From an uncultured Eubacteriales bacterium (GTDB taxonomy: Bacteria > Bacillota > Clostridia > Christensenellales > Aristaeellaceae): a stretch of DNA of 64,000 nt. Each line of letters starts with the position of its first letter. The first letter of the stretch is position 1. The stretch covers positions 3,508-67,507 of the forward strand of contig CACYZW010000019.1 of assembly GCA_902778995.1 (NCBI GenBank), given 5' to 3'. The position numbers and the translations under genes were made by a program. Below, one piece after another: positions 8,771-18,123 of this stretch. A model generated the notes under the pieces. It saw only the letters and a program-made list of their open reading frames with translations. It was not told where the DNA came from and ran no database searches.

Positions 8771-10675
8771 ATGAAGAACCGCATCTTTGCGCTGCTGATC
8801 GCGCTGGCGATGCTGCTGGCCCTCGCGCCTGCGGCGCTGGCCGACGAGGTCACCGGCACCGGCACCGCCAAGGGCTTTGGCGGCGACATCACCGTAACCG
8901 TGACCCTGAAGGACGGCGTGATCACGAACGTCGAGGCCGCCGGCGACAGCGAGACGGACGGCATCGGCAAGAACATCATCGCCGAGTGGCCCGCCGCCTT
9001 CGTCGAGGCCAACGGCATAGTGGACACCTACACCGGCGCGACCTTCGCCGGCATCACCCGCGCCGCGTTCATCGAGGCCATGCGCGCCGCGCTGACCGAG
9101 GCGGGCGTGAACCCGGACGACTACGTGCGCGAGTTTACCGAGGAAAAGGCCGAGGACATGGCCCTTGAGGCCGACGTGCTGATCATCGGCGCGGGCGGCG
9201 CGGGCATGACCGCCGCCATCACCGCCGCCGACGCCGGCGCGAGCGTCGTGGTGCTGGAGAGCCAGCCCGCCGTGGGCGGCAACTCCGTCAAGTCCACCGG
9301 CGGCATGAACGCCGCCAAGACCGTCTACCAGGACAAGAACGAGTTTGGCGAGGAAGCGGGCGTCGAAAAGACGCTGGCCACCGCCGCCGAGAAGTGGGCC
9401 GACAACGAGACCATCACCGCCCTGGCCGCCACGGTCAAGGCGCAGTGGGACGCCTACAAGGCCAACCATGAGGGCTATTTCGACTCCACCGAGCTGTTCG
9501 CCCTGGACACCATCATCGGCGGCAAGGGTCTGAACGATCCCGAGCTGGTGAACACGCTGGTGGGCAACAGCGCGGACGCCATCGACTGGCTGGCCACCCA
9601 GGACATCCACCTGACCGACGTGGCCTCCTTCGGCGGCGCGTCCGTCAAGCGCATCCATCGCCCCCTGAACGAGGAGGGCAAGGTCGTGTCCGTGGGCGCG
9701 TACACCGTGCCGCTGCTGGAGGCCGCCTGTGCCAAGCGCGACAACATCACGATGCTGACCGACACCACCGCTGTGGAACTGACCACCGACGAGAGTGGCG
9801 CGTGCAACGGCGCCATCGCCGAGGGCAAGACCGGCAACAAGGTCACCGTGACCGCCAAGGCCGTGGTGCTGACCACCGGCGGCTTCGGCGCGAACCTGGA
9901 CATGGTCGTTGAATACAAGCCTGACCTGGCCGGCTTCATGACCACCAACGCCGCCGGCATCCAGGGCCAGGGCATCCTGATGGCCAAGGAACTGGGCGCG
10001 GACACCGTGGATATGGAGCAGATCCAGATCCATCCCACCGTTCAGGCCGACACCGCTTCCCTGATCACCGAGGGCCTGCGCGGCGACGGCGCGATTCTGG
10101 TCAACGCCAACGGCGAGCGCTTCATCGACGAGGTGGGCACCCGCGACGTGGTCTCCGCCGCCGAAATCGCCCAGCCCGGTTCCTTCAGCTGGCTGATCGT
10201 GGACCAGAAGATGGTGGACGCCTCCTCCGTCATCCAGGGCTACATCAACCGCGGCCTGATGCTCTCCGGCGACACCTGCGAGGCGCTGGCCGAGGCGCTG
10301 GAGATTCCCGCCGACGCCTTCGCCAAGACGATGGAGACCTGGAACGGCTATGTGGCCGAGAAGAACGACCCCGACTTTGGCCGCACGTCCTTCGCCAATC
10401 CGCTGGACACCGCGCCCTTCTACGCCGTGAAGGTGACTGCGGGCATCCATCACACGATGGGCGGCCTGAAGATCGACCCCGAGACCCACGTCATCAATGA
10501 GTCCGGTGAGATCATCCCCGGCCTGTTCGCAGCCGGCGAGGTCACCGGCGGCGTGCACGGCGGCAACCGCCTGGGCGGCAACGCCGTGGCCGACTTCGTG
10601 GTGTTCGGCCGCATCGCGGGCGCGCAGGCCGCTGCCTACGTCGCGTCCCTGACGGACCTGGCCGCCGCCGCGTAA
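8771..10675 (+). CDS. Secreted flavoprotein reductase: signal peptide, FMN_bind domain, FAD-binding fumarate/urocanate-reductase-like domain
   Basis: Signal peptide ending ALA-DE. FMN_bind-like region with VDTYTGATFAG (the [ST]GA[ST] flavinylation motif). DVLIIGAGGAGMTAA dinucleotide fold. QIHPT, HHTMGGLKID and GLFAAGEVTGGVHGGNRLGGNA motifs. AAGGAGG RBS. Confidence 0.85.
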   Translation: MKNRIFALLIALAMLLALAPAALADEVTGTGTAKGFGGDITVTVTLKDGVITNVEAAGDSETDGIGKNIIAEWPAAFVEANGIVDTYTGATFAGITRAAFIEAMRAALTEAGVNPDDYVREFTEEKAEDMALEADVLIIGAGGAGMTAAITAADAGASVVVLESQPAVGGNSVKSTGGMNAAKTVYQDKNEFGEEAGVEKTLATAAEKWADNETITALAATVKAQWDAYKANHEGYFDSTELFALDTIIGGKGLNDPELVNTLVGNSADAIDWLATQDIHLTDVASFGGASVKRIHRPLNEEGKVVSVGAYTVPLLEAACAKRDNITMLTDTTAVELTTDESGACNGAIAEGKTGNKVTVTAKAVVLTTGGFGANLDMVVEYKPDLAGFMTTNAAGIQGQGILMAKELGADTVDMEQIQIHPTVQADTASLITEGLRGDGAILVNANGERFIDEVGTRDVVSAAEIAQPGSFSWLIVDQKMVDASSVIQGYINRGLMLSGDTCEALAEALEIPADAFAKTMETWNGYVAEKNDPDFGRTSFANPLDTAPFYAVKVTAGIHHTMGGLKIDPETHVINESGEIIPGLFAAGEVTGGVHGGNRLGGNAVADFVVFGRIAGAQAAAYVASLTDLAAAA

Positions 10676-10687
10676 CCCAACAATATC

Positions 10688-10733
10688 AGCCTGCCTCACA
10701 TGCCCGTTGGGGAAGCATGCGAGGCAGGCTTTT
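10688..10733 (+). terminator. Rho-independent terminator
   Basis: 16-bp stem AGCCTGCCTCACATGC / GCATGCGAGGCAGGCT (one mismatch), then TTT. Confidence 0.7.
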
Positions 10734-10822
10734 CCCGTCGACTCATTCACCCCACATGTAATAATCCCATTGTTTTCTGTCTGGATAGAACTGCAACACC
10801 GACCCGATAGGAGGTATGTTAG

Positions 10823-12184
10823 ATGAAGCATTGTATGCGATTCCTGGCGCTCTTGCTGGCGCTGCTTATCACTGGCTTTGCCGTCGCTGAAGGCGGGTTG
10901 ACCTTTGACGGAAAGATTGAGCCGGAGAAAATCGAAGAGATCGACGCACTGTCCATCGACGGCATGGCGTTGACGATCACGGAGCCGGAGGCTTATTCGG
11001 CATCGAATGCCGAGAGCGTGAAGATCAATTCCGCCAATTTCCCGGACAAAGCGTTCCGAAGCTATGTGAAGGCGCAGTATGACAAGGATGGCGACGGCAC
11101 GCTCTCGCCAAACGAGGCCAACTCAGTCGTTGAGATGTTCATCGGCAGGGATGACGAGCGCTTCATACAGGTGAAGTGTGCGAATATGAAGGGCCTGCAA
11201 TTCTTCCCCAACCTGTCGATGCTGGTGATCGTGCGCTGTCCCGTGAAGTCTCTGGACGTGAGCGAGAACAAAAATCTGAAAGTCCTGATCTGCTGCTATA
11301 GCAACGTGGAAAAGATAGATGTAAGCAAGAACACAAAGCTGGAAGAGCTGAATGTGGGGACCAGCAAGGTTAAGACGCTGAAGCTGGGCAAGCAGAAGCA
11401 TCTCAAAACGCTGGTCTGCGACACCAACAGGCTGACGTCGCTGGATGTGACCAACTGTCCGAACATTACCTACCTACAATGCAACAACAACAAACTGTCC
11501 AAGCTGGACGTGTCGAAGAACACCAAGCTGGACGAGCTGGTTTGCTACGGCAACAGGCTTACAAATCTTGATGTCAGCAAGAACAAGAAGCTGAATGAGC
11601 TGGACTGTTCTGAAAACAAGCTGAAGGCGCTGAATGTAACCGGGAATAACAGGCTGGAGGCCCTGTATTGCACAGACAACCAACTGAAGACACTGGATGT
11701 GACCTCGAATAGCAGGTTGTTGAATCTTTATTGCGGAAACAATCAGCTGAAGACGCTGGACGTGACCAAGAACACGAAGCTGATCGCTCTCTGGTGTGAT
11801 TGCAATCGACTGAAGGGCATAAACGTGACAAAAAACGTGAATCTGGAGATTTTCAACCCCAGCGAGAATCCGCTGGGCAAGCTGGATATCACCAAGAACA
11901 CAAAGCTCCGGTTTCTTGCCTGCGACAGCAGCAATCTCACGACCCTGAATGTCAGCAAGAATAAAAAAATGAGGGTGCTCATTGCCCACAGCAACAAGAT
12001 CAAGAGCATTGACATCGGCAACTGCCCATTTCTGAAGGGATACCTCAAAGAAGACGCCACCATCGACGGAGATCATGCCATCTGGTTCGGAAAGTGGGGG
12101 GATAAAGATGACTTCGACGTGCTTCACATCGATAAGCGCACGAAGCTGATGGACGGGGATAAGGAGCTCTACCCGACCGCATAG
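10823..12184 (+). CDS. Secreted leucine-rich-repeat (LRR) protein with one EF-hand/dockerin-like Ca loop
   Basis: Signal peptide. DKDGDGTLSPNE loop. About 12 tandem 21-residue units of the form DVSKNTKLxxLxCxxNxLTxL. AGGAGG RBS. G+C is visibly lower than in the neighbouring genes. Confidence 0.85.
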   Translation: MKHCMRFLALLLALLITGFAVAEGGLTFDGKIEPEKIEEIDALSIDGMALTITEPEAYSASNAESVKINSANFPDKAFRSYVKAQYDKDGDGTLSPNEANSVVEMFIGRDDERFIQVKCANMKGLQFFPNLSMLVIVRCPVKSLDVSENKNLKVLICCYSNVEKIDVSKNTKLEELNVGTSKVKTLKLGKQKHLKTLVCDTNRLTSLDVTNCPNITYLQCNNNKLSKLDVSKNTKLDELVCYGNRLTNLDVSKNKKLNELDCSENKLKALNVTGNNRLEALYCTDNQLKTLDVTSNSRLLNLYCGNNQLKTLDVTKNTKLIALWCDCNRLKGINVTKNVNLEIFNPSENPLGKLDITKNTKLRFLACDSSNLTTLNVSKNKKMRVLIAHSNKIKSIDIGNCPFLKGYLKEDATIDGDHAIWFGKWGDKDDFDVLHIDKRTKLMDGDKELYPTA

Positions 12185-12260
12185 CACCTGACCCTGAACA
12201 ACCCACTCCGACGGCTTGGCCTGCTGTTGCCCGCAGTACAGCCATTGACGCAGAGCACCA

Positions 12261-12294
12261 TTCAACCCCGGCGCCATCAAGCGCCGGGGTTGAA
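12261..12294. terminator. Hairpin between convergent genes
   Basis: TTCAACCCCGGCGC / GCGCCGGGGTTGAA, a 14-bp perfect stem. No clear U-tail on either strand. Confidence 0.45.
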
Positions 12295-12345
12295 CCGTCT
12301 TGGAAACACGCTCCGACGCGCCAAGGGCGTCGAGTGGTATTCCCT

Positions 12346-12978
12346 TTATTTTTTGAAGCGCTTGGAGATCACCAGCTCGATGTGATCGCCCTTGACGCCC
12401 ACCACAACGTCGTCGGCCAGGTTGGCCACGATGGATTTTTCCAGGTCCTCCTTCGCCTGCTCCAGCGCGTCGGCGCTGAGCCTGCCCTTTTCCACATTGT
12501 CCCTGTATTGCTCCAGCGTCCAGACCGGGGTCAGGTCGTACAGGTTGGGCGTACCCAGGCCCGCGGGGGCGACGACGCTGCCCGACACGGCGGTCCCGCC
12601 ATAGGCATCGTCCACGGCGCGGCCGATGTTGTGCATCGCGCCGGAGATGACCTCGCCGAGCATGCCCATGAAGCCCTTCTTCGCGGCGTTTTTGCCGGTG
12701 CTGGACACGGACAAAAGCTCATGCTTCCTTCCCGAATCCATATTGGCCGTCACCTCAAGGTGGAGCTCCACGGCGTCCGCGTCTCCGCGGAACCAGAGAC
12801 GGCCGTAAAAATCATCCACCATGGCCTTCATCATGCCCAATGTCTCCTCCACCAGCAGGCTCAGCCGCAGCGTATCGCGATTGTTCATATGGACCTGCCA
12901 GGCGAAGTTCTCCGTCGCATAGCGCGCCGCCGCCATGCGCCCGGCGTCGCTGTTGACCATGAATTTATCCGAAACCAT
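12346..12978 (-). CDS. Hypothetical protein (no motif recognised)
   Basis: 210-aa ORF with GGAGGGAG RBS and coding-like composition. The opposite-strand ORF looks like a shadow. Confidence 0.6.
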   Translation of the reverse strand: MVSDKFMVNSDAGRMAAARYATENFAWQVHMNNRDTLRLSLLVEETLGMMKAMVDDFYGRLWFRGDADAVELHLEVTANMDSGRKHELLSVSSTGKNAAKKGFMGMLGEVISGAMHNIGRAVDDAYGGTAVSGSVVAPAGLGTPNLYDLTPVWTLEQYRDNVEKGRLSADALEQAKEDLEKSIVANLADDVVVGVKGDHIELVISKRFKK

Positions 12979-13174
12979 AGCGCTCCCTCCAGATTTCCAG
13001 CGTTTTCGCTGTTTTGCCTGTTATTATACACGATAACCGCCCGCTTGTCCAACGCTGCAGCTATATTTTTCACTGGACAGAGGGCCGATTCTGTGTTATG
13101 ATTTTATTGTGGCGGTCAAGGGCCGCAGATTCATAAAAAAGACATTCAACCCGCGCGGCAAGGAGGAAACAACG

Positions 13175-14561
13175 ATGCTGGTCAATACCAAGGCAAGAGT
13201 GGGCGTGTTTTCCATCGCCCTCGGGGCCTATCTGCCCCAGTTCCCGTCGCTGGTGCCCGAATTCCGGGCTCAGTACGACGCCTTTAAAAAGACGCTGCCC
13301 GACACGGTGGAGCTCATCGACGGCGGCATCATCACCACCAAGGAACAGAGCCAGGCGGCAGGCGACAAATTCCGCGCCGCCGACGTGGACCTGGTGATAC
13401 TGCAGATGCTGACCTATGCCACCTCATACAATGTGCTGCCCGCCATACGCGACCTGGACGTGCCCGTGGTGGTCGTGAACGTGCAAAAGCTCAAGGCGCT
13501 GGACTACGATCACACCGACATCGCCTCCTGGCTGGGCGAGGGCTACGCCTGCGGCGCTGTGGGCGAGGCCGTGGCCGACCTGAACCGCTTCGGCAAGCGC
13601 CACGCGGTCATCACCGGCGTTGTCGAGGGCGGCGACCCGGGCGTGCAGCGCGAGATCGAGGACTGGTGCCGCGCCGCCCAGGTGCGCCGCCGCTTCCGCG
13701 ACACCAACATCGCCCAGATCGGCCGCCCTTACCCCGGCATGATGGATCTGTACATCGACGAGACGAACCTGTATCGCCGCATGTTCCTGTACACCAAGCA
13801 GTTCGACTGGGAAAAGATGTGGGCCATCGCCGACAACATCACCGACGAGGCCGCCATTCGCGCCAAGGCCCAGGATATTCTGGACACCTTCGACATCGAA
13901 GGCGGCGGAAGCATCGAAGAGGTCTGGGAGATGGCGAAATACGTCGTCGCCTTCGAGCAGTGGGTCAAGGACGAGCAGCTCGGCCTGATCGCCTCCCATT
14001 ACGACGGCTTCGCCCAGGGCAAGGCCGGACTGCTGGATTCCATGCTGATCCCGGCGTTCTCCATGCTCATCAAGCAGGGCACCGCCTGCGCCGTGGAGGG
14101 CGACATGAAGGTGGCCATGGCCATGTCCATAGATGTATTCCATTGATTTCAACGACGACATCGCCATCATCGGGCACAGCGGCTCCGGCGACGCGGACAT
14201 CTCCCAGAAGCGCAAGCCCACCATGAAGATCGTCAAGGTGTTCCACGGCAAGACCGGCGGCGGATACCTGACCCAGTTCTATCCGGGCGACGGCCCCATC
14301 ACCTATCTCGCCATCACCCAGGACGGCGACGGCAACTTCAAATTCGTCGTGGCGGAGGGTGTGAACGAGCCCGGCAAGATACTGTCCATCGGCGACACCA
14401 ACATGCGCACCCGCTTCACCTGCGGTGCGCGGGAGTTCGTCAACCGCTGGAGCGAGGCCGGCCCCACCCACCACTTCGCCGCAGCCACCGGCAGGCATAT
14501 CGACACCATATTGAAGGTGGCCAAGATACTGAACGTGCCCTGCGAGGTCATCACGCGGTAA
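13175..14561 (+). pseudogene. L-arabinose/L-fucose isomerase-family gene split by a frame disruption near 14125-14146
   Basis: ORF 13175-14146 ends ...CAVEGDMKVAMAMSIDVFH*. The next ORF, in another frame (14133-14561), starts MYSIDFNDDIAIIGHSGSGD immediately after a TAG. Together they span an AraA-like protein, but the roughly 10 residues that should carry the second catalytic Glu (FxE just before the MYSIDF equivalent) are missing. Confidence 0.6.
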
Positions 14562-14710
14562 CCATCCCTGACAAAGCGGCGGGCATCCTTGCGGATGGCC
14601 GCCGCTTTGCGTTATCGAAAAAACGTACAATGTACGTCTATTTTCCGTCACTTTTACAGGCCTTTATGGTGATATAATATAACCTACCACATTATCGGGG
14701 AGACGATACC

Positions 14711-14917
14711 ATGTCCATCTATTATTCCAGGCTTTGGCGGTTGATGGAGCGTCGCGGCTATACCCGCAAGGATATCATTTGGCTCGCCGGAATCAGCGAA
14801 AGCACCTACAGAAAGCTGTTGGCCGACGACGCGACCCGTCTGGACGTGCTTGAGCGCATATGTGTCGCCCTCAAAACGGACATCGGCGACGTATGCAGCT
14901 TCAGGGACTACAGATAG
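14711..14917 (+). CDS. XRE-family helix-turn-helix transcriptional regulator (68 aa)
   Basis: HTH pattern YTRKDIIWLAGISESTYRKLL...LDVLERICVALKTDIGDV. GGGGAG RBS. Confidence 0.8.
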   Translation: MSIYYSRLWRLMERRGYTRKDIIWLAGISESTYRKLLADDATRLDVLERICVALKTDIGDVCSFRDYR

Positions 14918-15000
14918 CCGCCTGTCATATATTGAAGCAAGACCACAGCGTGCTCGGTTGCACACCTCGGGCATCCCGACGAAAGGCAGGCCATTTTGCC

Positions 15001-15954
15001 ATGCAGCAGTCATCCTTACCCTTTGAGACGCGAATACAGGCGCTGACGGACCGCATACTTGCGGATTACGGCAACGAACGGGTCATCGACCGGCTGGACA
15101 TGTTCGCCCAGCCCGACCGGCTTGTCATCGAGGCGCTGATCGAAAAGCTGTTTCGGCTGGTGTTTCCAGGGTATTACCGGGATTATACCTATCGCATCTA
15201 CAACCCGAAGAACAACCTGTCAGCGCTGATCGAGGATGTCGCCTTTCACCTGAACCGCCAAATCGGCATCGCGCTGCGGGGCAGCGGCCAGGTTGTCGAA
15301 CAAGGCATCGAGCAGGCCGCCGAGGATTTGACCGCCGCGTTTCTTGAAAGGCTGCCGGAGATTCGCGCCTATGTGGAGACGGATCTGCAGGCCGCTTACG
15401 ACGGCGACCCCGCCGCCGCCAACAAGGCGGAGGTCATCATCGCATACCCCGGCCTGCACGCCATCACCGTGAACCGGCTGGCCCATGCGCTGTATCAGCT
15501 GAACGTGCCTCTGATACCCAGGATCATGACGGAAATCGCCCACAGCAGGTCGGGCATCGACATTCACCCCGGCGCGCAGATCGGGCGCTATTTCTTCATC
15601 GACCACGGCACCGGCATCGTCGTGGGCGAAACCACCGTCATCGGCGACTACGTGAAGCTGTACCAGGGCGTCACGCTGGGCGCGCTGTCCACCCGGGGCG
15701 GGCAGAATCTGCGCGGCAAGCGTCGCCACCCCACCATTGAGGACAACGTGACCATCTACGCCGGCGCATCCATATTGGGCGGCGACACCATCATCGGCCA
15801 TGACTCCGTCATCGGCAGTAACGTTTTCATCACCCACCCCATCGCCCCCGGCACCCGCGTCAGCGTCAAGAACCAGGAGCTGATGTTCAAGAGCGGCCGG
15901 GGCTATGTGCTCCAGCCCGAGAATCCCGAAAACGATCCGGCGCGAATCATGTGA
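15001..15954 (+). CDS. cysE: Serine O-acetyltransferase
   Basis: DIHPGAQIGRYFFIDHGTGIVVGETTVIGD, then hexapeptide repeats (LGGDTIIGHDSVIGSNVFI). Start set at MQQSS within a longer ORF. Confidence 0.85.
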   Translation: MQQSSLPFETRIQALTDRILADYGNERVIDRLDMFAQPDRLVIEALIEKLFRLVFPGYYRDYTYRIYNPKNNLSALIEDVAFHLNRQIGIALRGSGQVVEQGIEQAAEDLTAAFLERLPEIRAYVETDLQAAYDGDPAAANKAEVIIAYPGLHAITVNRLAHALYQLNVPLIPRIMTEIAHSRSGIDIHPGAQIGRYFFIDHGTGIVVGETTVIGDYVKLYQGVTLGALSTRGGQNLRGKRRHPTIEDNVTIYAGASILGGDTIIGHDSVIGSNVFITHPIAPGTRVSVKNQELMFKSGRGYVLQPENPENDPARIM

Positions 15955-16031
15955 CTTTCTTCCGTATCATCGCAAATCAAAGCCCTGCCGTTCCAACAAG
16001 CGGCAGGGCTTTGGGTTGCGACCAATCGCGG

Positions 16032-16334
16032 TTATTTCTCTTCGTCCTCCAGGGGTTCGTCGTCAAACTCGTTGGACTCGAAAATCTTGATCAGCTTCTC
16101 GGCCAGCGCGTCGTCGACCGGCACAAATTCCTCCTGGTCCTCCCCGACGGGCACGACCTCCATGATGAACACCTCGATGGGCTCGTTCTCATCGCGCTTA
16201 TCGTCTTTGTCCTCGACGTATTCGGTGAGCAGCGCGTACTCCTTGCCCTCGTAGGCCAGGTAGTCCAGGACCTCCATGGTCAGCTCGTTGCCGGCGTCGT
16301 CCTCAAATACGACGAGATCTCTTTCTTCATCCAT
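16032..16334 (-). CDS. DUF1292 (UPF0473) family protein
   Basis: Acidic small protein with FEDDAGNELTMEVLDYLAYEGKEYALL...IEVFIMEVV, the typical DUF1292 pattern. The start is ambiguous between two ATGs (16343 or 16334). Confidence 0.75.
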   Translation of the reverse strand: MDEERDLVVFEDDAGNELTMEVLDYLAYEGKEYALLTEYVEDKDDKRDENEPIEVFIMEVVPVGEDQEEFVPVDDALAEKLIKIFESNEFDDEPLEDEEK

Positions 16335-16468
16335 GATATTCATGGCCTCCAATCATATTCAGTGCGGAGCCTGCGCCCCGTTTGCCTATTATAGCCCACA
16401 GGGCCTGTCTGTGCAAGCGCATGTCGCTTTTTTTACGCAGACGATTCACAGGCTTCACCCGCCGTGTC

Positions 16469-17173
16469 TTAATCGGCATCCTCCAGCGCGAAGGTGATGC
16501 TCACGATGGCGGAAACCGTCTGCTTCGAGGCCATTACGCTTGTGCCCGCGCCCCCCTTGTCTCCCTCGGCGTTCCGGGCAAAGAGCGACTGGCCGTCATA
16601 ACCGGTGTCCGCGCTGTCGCGGATCTCCAGAATCCCGCCCAGCTTTACGCCCGCAGCGTCGGCGACGACCTGCGCCTTGTCCTTCGCGCTGGCAACCGCA
16701 AGGGTCAGGGCCTTCGCGGCGGCCGCCTCGGTATCGGTGGCGCTGAACTCCACATAATCCAGGCTGTTCGCGCCTGCTTCAAAGGCCGCGTCGATATACG
16801 CGCCGGTGTTGTTCACGTCCGTCACGGTAAAATAGATGTTGTTGTAGGCGGTGTAGCCGCTGATCGTCTCGCCCTCGTCGTAATTATAATTGGGATAGAT
16901 GCCGATGCCATTGGTGCTGATCTCGTCCTCCGTCACCCCCATGGCTTTCAGGGCATCCACAACGGCGTTGATCTTTTCATTGACCCGCGTCTGGGCGGTC
17001 ATGACCTCGTCGGCAATCTCCCGCACGCCCAGGTTGATGCTCGCCCGGTTGGAATCCACCCTGACCGAGCCGTAGCCCTGCACGGTTATGGAACCCTGCG
17101 CCAGCGCAGTCGCGCCCAACATCATCAGCGCCGCCAGCACGACGGCCGCAATTTTTTTCATCTTCATTTTCAT
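16469..17173 (-). CDS. SIMPL (DUF541) domain secreted protein
   Basis: Signal peptide. ITVQGYGSVRVDSNRASINLGV...GYTAYNNIYFTV...KALTLAVASAKDKA pattern. Several possible ATG starts (MKMKMKK). Confidence 0.75.
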   Translation of the reverse strand: MKMKMKKIAAVVLAALMMLGATALAQGSITVQGYGSVRVDSNRASINLGVREIADEVMTAQTRVNEKINAVVDALKAMGVTEDEISTNGIGIYPNYNYDEGETISGYTAYNNIYFTVTDVNNTGAYIDAAFEAGANSLDYVEFSATDTEAAAAKALTLAVASAKDKAQVVADAAGVKLGGILEIRDSADTGYDGQSLFARNAEGDKGGAGTSVMASKQTVSAIVSITFALEDAD

Positions 17174-17215
17174 TCCTCCTGTTTGAATGCAACATGATCG
17201 TTTTTTTCGCCGTTG

Positions 17216-18070
17216 TCAGCCGTTTACCACCAGCAGCACCAGCAGCTGGCCGCTGCCCGTCAGCCGGGGGGGCTCGATGCCCTTGCCGGAGACATCCATT
17301 GCGGCGACGGCGTTCAGGAAATCCAGGGCGTTATCCGCAGACAGCTCCACGTATATGTTTGCGCCTCCGCCGGCGACGGTCTGTATGTCGGCGTCGGCTT
17401 CGTATTCCTGGGCCAGGTCGCTGATGCGGTTGCAGGCGACGTTCACGTCCTCGACCTGTATTGCCAATTCGCAGGCCGGACCCAGCGCACCGGCGGCGCT
17501 GTCCTCGGCATAGGCCTCATCGGCGACAGCTTCGTCTGCTTCGGCATCCGCTTCCATTTCATACGCGACGCCGTCCGCCTCCACCACCGCGCCGCGCGCT
17601 TCGTCCGGGAGCGCTGCGGCCGAGTCCCTGGCAAAGGCGTTTACGCTGGCCTGCTGAGCCGCCTTTTCCTCGGTGACAGCCCCCGCCGAGGGCAATTCGG
17701 CGGCGCTCTGCGCTTCAATGGAGAGGGCGGTATTCTGCTTCGGCGCGCCCCGCAGGCTGAAGGTCAGACCCACGCCTGCCAGCACCACGACCACCGCTGC
17801 CGCAGAGGCGATCCAGCGCATAAGGCGCTTCCGCTTCTGAAGCTTTGACGCCTCCCGTACCGCGCCACGCCACCTGGCCTGCGCCTCCAGAGGCACATCC
17901 GCCTCCGGCTCCATCTGCTCAAACAGGGCTTTCAATTGCCGCGTGGCCCGTATCGCCGCCGCGCATTGGGGGCATTCCCGCCCGTGCGCTTCCATGGCCT
18001 CGCGCGCCTCTTCGCTCAACGCGCCATCCATCAGCAAATCAAGCATGTCATTGACCTGTGTGCAATCCAT
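17216..18070 (-). CDS. Anti-sigma factor (zf-HC2 type) with one TM helix
   Basis: N-terminal H-x3-C-x2-C (AHGRECPQCAAA), TM helix WIASAAAVVVVLAGVGL, and a position immediately downstream of the ECF sigma gene. Confidence 0.75.
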   Translation of the reverse strand: MDCTQVNDMLDLLMDGALSEEAREAMEAHGRECPQCAAAIRATRQLKALFEQMEPEADVPLEAQARWRGAVREASKLQKRKRLMRWIASAAAVVVVLAGVGLTFSLRGAPKQNTALSIEAQSAAELPSAGAVTEEKAAQQASVNAFARDSAAALPDEARGAVVEADGVAYEMEADAEADEAVADEAYAEDSAAGALGPACELAIQVEDVNVACNRISDLAQEYEADADIQTVAGGGANIYVELSADNALDFLNAVAAMDVSGKGIEPPRLTGSGQLLVLLVVNG

Positions 18071-18123
18071 TGAAAGCCCTCCTTTCCTCTGTATAATGTA
18101 TCCTGATTTTCATTCTTCAATCC

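Noticed and set aside
8675-10831. 718-aa ORF on the minus strand covering the whole reductase gene
   Set aside because: It is antisense to a gene with clear FMN_bind/FAD motifs. Its composition is dominated by G, A, R, H, V, D and L runs typical of shadow ORFs in high-G+C DNA. It has no RBS or recognisable motif.
11230-12000. Regular DNA periodicity of about 63 bp that could be mistaken for a CRISPR-like or tandem-repeat array
   Set aside because: The periodicity is the coding repeat of the LRR protein (21-residue units) within an intact ORF. There are no unique spacers and no cas genes.
14918-15000. Possible T-box leader upstream of cysE
   Set aside because: Only about 80 nt are available, and I saw no specifier loop or T-box sequence.
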